43,615 bases of DNA from Octopus bimaculoides (taxonomy: Eukaryota), in assembly GCF_001194135.2 (NCBI RefSeq), contig NC_068983.1, forward strand, positions 18,605,708 to 18,649,322. The letters run 5' to 3'. The position numbers and the translations under genes are program-made. Under the pieces are notes generated by a model. That model was not told where the DNA came from, made no database searches, and saw only the letters and a program-made list of their open reading frames with translations. Shown in pieces: positions 38,550 through 43,615 of this stretch (the stretch's first letter is position 1; every line of letters begins with the position of its first letter).

Positions 38550-39530
38550 GAAAAGTACACTATGAACATTTATTTTATTAATAATCTGTTTTCTCTACAT
38601 ATTTCATTTAAGTACATATTTTGGATCCTTTTGGTTTGACGGGCAACATTTTTCATTAATGTTTTATGTAGTGTTTTTGGTACCGAAACGCTTTCAAACT
38701 TCGTATACCTGTATATTTTGTATTATAGAACAGATAAAAAAATTTGTATTCGAAGTTATTTCATGTAAAAAGTTGTCGTATTTCGGTAATTTCAACCAAT
38801 CACTAACGTCTATTGAAGTGAAGACAATTAATGGCGTGGAATGTAAACAACGGTGTCATGGGATCTTTTCCCTTGAATAAAATTAGTGCCGTTGTTAGTC
38901 AACAACAACTACCCGTGTTACTCTTATTTATGACATCGTTCGTGCGTTTGTACTGGTTTTAGCTTTAGGGTTTTAGGGTTAGGGTTAGTTTTAGGATTAC
39001 GGTTAGGGTTATGATTATTTTTGTCATAACGTCACTCATAACCCTAACCCTAAAACTCATAACCATAACCCTAACCCTAACCCCCAACCCTAACCCTAAA
39101 ACCCTAACCCTAACTCTAAAACCCGAACCCTAACCCTAAAACCCTAAACCCTTACTAGTGAATAATGATATAATTAAACAAGGAATAACACTCTTGACAC
39201 CGGTAAAAAATATTGTTTATAAAAAGAGCACTAACTGTATTCACCTCAATAGACGTCAGTGATTGGTTGATATTACAGAAATACGACAACTTTAACATGA
39301 AATAACTTATTAAGAACTAATTTTTGTTAAGAAGGCTAAGAGAAGAATAGGTTTTATATGACACATTCTACCAGTATCACAAGTTTGAAAGTGTTTCGTT
39401 AAGAAAACAAGTGTTGCCCGTCAAACCAAAACGATCTCATATTTTTAATAAGGTTTATAAACAACCGAAATATGTAGAAAAGAGCAACATTTTTTAATGT
39501 ATTTATATATCGAAATTTAAACGTACCTAA
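38550..39530. mobile_element. Foldback element with imperfect long inverted arms and central head-to-head telomeric repeats
   Basis: Shared blocks in opposite orientation: tttggtttgacgggcaaca, ctttcaaactt, aagttatttcatgt.aa.gttgtcgtatttc, caaccaatcact.acgtctattga, cggtgtca. Confidence 0.8.
38957..39152. repeat. Interstitial telomeric repeats: TTAGGG/TTTTAGGG (38957-39010) facing CCCTAA/CCCTAAAA (39039-39152)
   Basis: Direct reading. Confidence 0.92.
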
Positions 39531-39589
39531 TTTTAATAAAGTAGCATTTTCGTTCTTTTTCATTAATATCTACTTGTGTATTACCTCTA

Positions 39590-39593
<4 letters not shown>

Positions 39594-39656
<63 letters not shown>
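39594..39656. repeat. (TA)n microsatellite
   Basis: Direct reading. Confidence 0.95.
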
Positions 39657-39658
<2 letters not shown>

Positions 39659-40207
39659 GGAGTAAGCACATGAAATGTGCAACAAGGTGGAAAAAAGAGT
39701 ACTCAAATACCAGAGGTAGAGTAATATGCTTTATTTAAAAGCAGCAGAAATATAACAAAAAAACCGTTACTCTGAGTTTCACGTTCCCGTTCATCGGACA
39801 GTTTTGTTAGAAATAGAGTAAGGATAACAATGCAATCGAAAGTAATATAAAATTTAAAATTTTAAATTTGAAACACATGGATTCGTCTGATTGGTTGTTT
39901 CAAATAAGGGCCATGGATTGGTCGTTTCAATTAACGGTCAATGATGTGTAATTCACAGACCAAATAAATTTAATACAGATTCACCCTATTAAAAAATATC
40001 GAAGAAAACTTTAAATAGAAACATGGGCTCCAAATACATATTATAGATAATTAATTATATTCGAATTAACGCTTTAAAATCAAATCAATAAAATAAAGCA
40101 TACGCTGCATTCAAAATAAAATAAAATAAAATAAAATAAAATAAAATACAATAGCGTGTATGTATACAAGGCTATCCACAACAGACGAATCCATGTGTTT
40201 CAAATTT
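39657..40207 (-). mobile_element. pLTR-like repeat containing a hammerhead and a 26-bp inverted repeat
   Basis: Hammerhead at 39760-39805; 39864-39889 is the exact reverse complement of 40182-40207; ends at (TA)n. Confidence 0.55.
39760..39805 (-). ncRNA. Minimal type-I hammerhead ribozyme, CCGAUGA core variant
   Basis: AAAACUGU-CCGAUGA-ACG-GGAA-CGU-GAA-ACUC-A-GAGU-A-ACGGUUUU: 8-bp stem I (one G-U), 3-bp stem II with GGAA tetraloop, 4-bp helix III with 1-nt loop, GUA triplet. Confidence 0.7.
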
Positions 40208-40467
40208 NNNNNNNNNNNNNNNNNNNNNNNNNNNNNNNNNNNNNNNNNNNNNNNNNNNNNNNNNNNNNNNNNNNNNNNNNNNNNNNNNNNNNNNNNNNNN
40301 NNNNNNNNNNNNNNNNNNNNNNNNNNNNNNNNNNNNNNNNNNNNNNNNNNNNNNNNNNNNNNNNNNNNNNNNNNNNNNNNNNNNNNNNNNNNNNNNNNNN
40401 NNNNNNNNNNNNNNNNNNNNNNNNNNNNNNNNNNNNNNNNNNNNNNNNNATATATATATATATATAT

Positions 40468-40498
<31 letters not shown>

Positions 40499-42396
40499 TG
40501 AAATATAAGTAGATAGATAGAGAGACAGATATATACAGATAAGTAGCTAGCTTACTGCATCATTACTCATTATAATTACCGTACTCCACTGTCAATAAGT
40601 TGGAGATTTATTGCCTCAGAGAAGAGGGTTAAAATCCACCAAGTTACTATATATTTCACAATTTAACTGTAGGATATACAAATCTGCAAATCGCTAACCA
40701 TCATTGACATGTTCTGTGTGTATTGACATTAAGAGTACACTCTATAGACGTTTATTTAAGCTTACATCGCAGATACTGAGAGAGCTTGTTTCAATATCTT
40801 AGAATGGAACTGGTGACCCTATTTCACAACAGAAGTTCCCTGAGTCTGAGTGACCTGAAGGTCTATTGCTTAAAGTGGCACAAAACTGCTTTAACATTTC
40901 ATTTTGATATATGGTGAAACTAGAAGCAAATTCAATTATACATGTGTCTCGTCAAACAACTAATCCATTGTCACAATGATGAGTAAACCTATTTTGGGTT
41001 AGACAATAAATGTAGCCGATGTCATTATGTCAATACTATTTCAATTTTCTCAGTAATCATTCACTCTATGATCATGTTGAAACGACAATTCAGAGTAAGA
41101 TAGAGACGTATTATGTTTTTATAAGGTTACTGCTATTTCTAAGGAAGCTTTATAATAAATCATAAATAATTTTCTGGAACCAGTTCTTGTAATTTAGGGA
41201 AAACTGTCAAGAAACTGTCAGATCATATATCTGAACTCAGAATAGTTTTACATGGCATATTTCCAACTGAAACACACACTTATACAAACATATACATGCA
41301 TAGTGCATACATACATACATACATACATACATACGTGCATACATACATACATACATACATACAAACAAACATATAAACTCAGATATATACACCCACTCAC
41401 AAACACCCACGCTCACATACATGTAAATACAAGATATATGATAATGATAAAGATTTCTAGAAAATTCCTGCGAAAGCTTATTGTTTCACAAAGTGGCTGT
41501 TATATGAGTGTTTACGAACAATATACGAATCACTGTTATACTGAATTAGTGAAAGACCATTTAAAAGTCTCCACTGAGTATGACATTTCATGAAAAGGTT
41601 CTACATAAAGAACACATTCTATGAATTCCATCAAGACTGTAATTATTTCTATCTTCAATGAAATGTCTCACTTCATAAGATTTTCAGTTTACGTCACGTT
41701 GATTATTTCTAAACTGAAGAAAAGCTTTCATGAATATCAATGACTACACATATGAAGAACGTATTAGTTTTAAAAAATGTCAGTATGTATGCATTTTCAT
41801 AATAATTTTTCAGTTACAATTTCAAATTCCTAATCCTGCTTTATATTATGAAGAAATGTATATCTGACTTCGAATAGTAACGATCGTTCGGGGGTGTGCA
41901 CACTTTGTAATTATTTTAAAGTTACCTGAAATTGTTTCCTTTTCTTCTCAGTCCTGTTAAAACTCTTAGATAAGCTTTATTTTCTACTATTTTGTTTGCT
42001 TTTACTGCTTTCATTATTCTGGATATATTTATTTCGTTCTCAGTTTCTGTATGTGGCGTACGCATAATATTACTTTATAAGTTTTTTCAGAGTTGTCTTT
42101 CTTAGGGTACATGCCGTTGACAAGAGTAAAAAAAACTCGAAACAGCGAAGATCTATATATATGAAGAATTTTCGTCCGTCTAGCTGTTTTTCTCTCTCCA
42201 AAACGGAAAGTTGCAGTACGGAACAGTCATTTTAACGAATTTTTATTTATCACCCGACGAGATACGTCTGCACCACCGGATACTCCTGAACCACTTTTTG
42301 TGTGTCCCACAAGGAAGAGTCGATGCTAGATATGTCGAAACAATTGTTGTGATTAATAATATATACTCCTATATTCCATCTTCTGTTTTTCATTTG

Positions 42397-42436
<40 letters not shown>

Positions 42437-43134
42437 GTATTAGTACACTTCCAGTGTATAGTTCTGCATAAAAAAATTTAATCGCTGTTACAGATTGATA
42501 ATTAATATGTTGTCAAGTATACTTATCTGAAATTCAAGTAAGATAATATCTAGCAAAATGTTGAGCTAAATTTAATTTAAATTTGTTATATGAGAAAATA
42601 TTGTGTTATATAGATAAATGATAATACAAGAATGTCTATCACACTAATTTTAGGGTTATTCTCGTTCTGTTAGCCGTGTTTATTCAGAGCCTGATAAACT
42701 CCAGAGAGCATCCCTTATAGGCGTGTAGTGCAAAACAGTTAGTAAAAAACAGAAAAAAAAACTTTCAAAATAAATAGTGAAGTACTTCAATAAGAGACGA
42801 AAGCCATTCGGCAGCGGCGGTAGCGTAATTCTCTCTCTGGAGCTCGTCAGTACGAAATATCGACTGGCAACAATATACTAAGACATAAACAGAGTTGAAC
42901 AATAATTTAAATATCAGTAATGTAATAATTAGCCTGCAGGTTGAATAAAAATTTGTTATTCGCGACAGAAGCAGTGTTAGTCCACAAGAGAAGAGAGTGC
43001 ATCACAAATAAAGCAGGTAAAATATTTGAAAACCTGCAAAATGTTTTTATTTGTCTATACAAAATATCTCTTGTAGAACTATAGTGTTAAAAAACTCAGA
43101 AATATACCTTCTATCTGTTATTTAATTCATCAAA

Positions 43135-43470
43135 AAACTGGGGCCATGCTGGAGCATCACCTTTCCATGTATTTGGGTTTCACTTCTGTAATGTTTTTTG
43201 CTGAAGAAGCGAGTTGAAAGGGAACGATCTACTTTGTGCCTCTTGCCGCGATGTGGATTCATCTGGGATTTCAGGTAGAAACTTGCAAAGAAGCTTTTTT
43301 AATGTCTCCATATCTACACCTCGGAAATCTCGGAGGTTGTATGGCAGGATTTTAAACAGTTGTGGTCCCCGTAGCATAGCTCGTTGCAGCATTGAGTCAT
43401 TATTCGAGGTTGAGAAGCCGGAATTGTTATTTTGCAGTGTCGTACAGCTCGGTGGTTGGTATAGCTTTTA
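43135..43470 (-). mobile_element. CR1/L2/Jockey-group LINE 3' end
   Basis: HCKI...RGPQLFKILPYNLRDFRGVDMETLKKLLCKFLPEIPDES...NSLLQQ, then tail ggtgatgctccagcatggcc. Confidence 0.7.
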
Positions 43471-43496
43471 ATTTCAAAGTAAAGCGCTAAACACTC

Positions 43497-43527
<31 letters not shown>

Positions 43528-43615
43528 CACGTATATGCGACCATTTCGCTGTACACACACACACGCACATACACACATATACATTTATCCATAAGTCACA
43601 ATATGTATGTATATA

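Noticed and set aside
38957-39152. Bona fide chromosome fusion site
   Set aside because: Arrays are short and embedded in a repeat-like inverted-arm element; kept as a finding under the mobile-element interpretation
42820-42850. CUGACGA core on the minus strand
   Set aside because: No GAAA or helix III downstream

Overview
Eukaryotic, AT-rich, microsatellite-dense draft genomic DNA with many N gaps, most of them flanked by (TA)n/(CA)n. From recall, the SINE families and repeat landscape resemble an octopus/cephalopod genome; this is an inference, not a database result. I see no rRNA, tRNA gene, CRISPR array or confidently identifiable host gene. Most supplied ORFs are microsatellite, N-gap or antisense artefacts. 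Recognisable content is mostly decayed mobile DNA: Penelope-like elements (PLE; RT with YLDD, GIY-YIG endonuclease, pLTR-like tails), RTE, R4/Dong and CR1/L2-type LINE fragments, a deleted mariner, MITE-like foldbacks and more than a dozen SINE copies. Best signals: (1) several minimal type-I hammerhead ribozyme motifs in PLE tails, two with a non-canonical CCGANGA core and palindromic helix III; (2) a ~1 kb foldback element with head-to-head TTAGGG/CCCTAA arrays that mimics a telomere fusion; (3) PLE inversions, one joined at a perfect 12-bp microhomology; (4) a weakly supported, hand-assembled plus-strand chain of very small exons.
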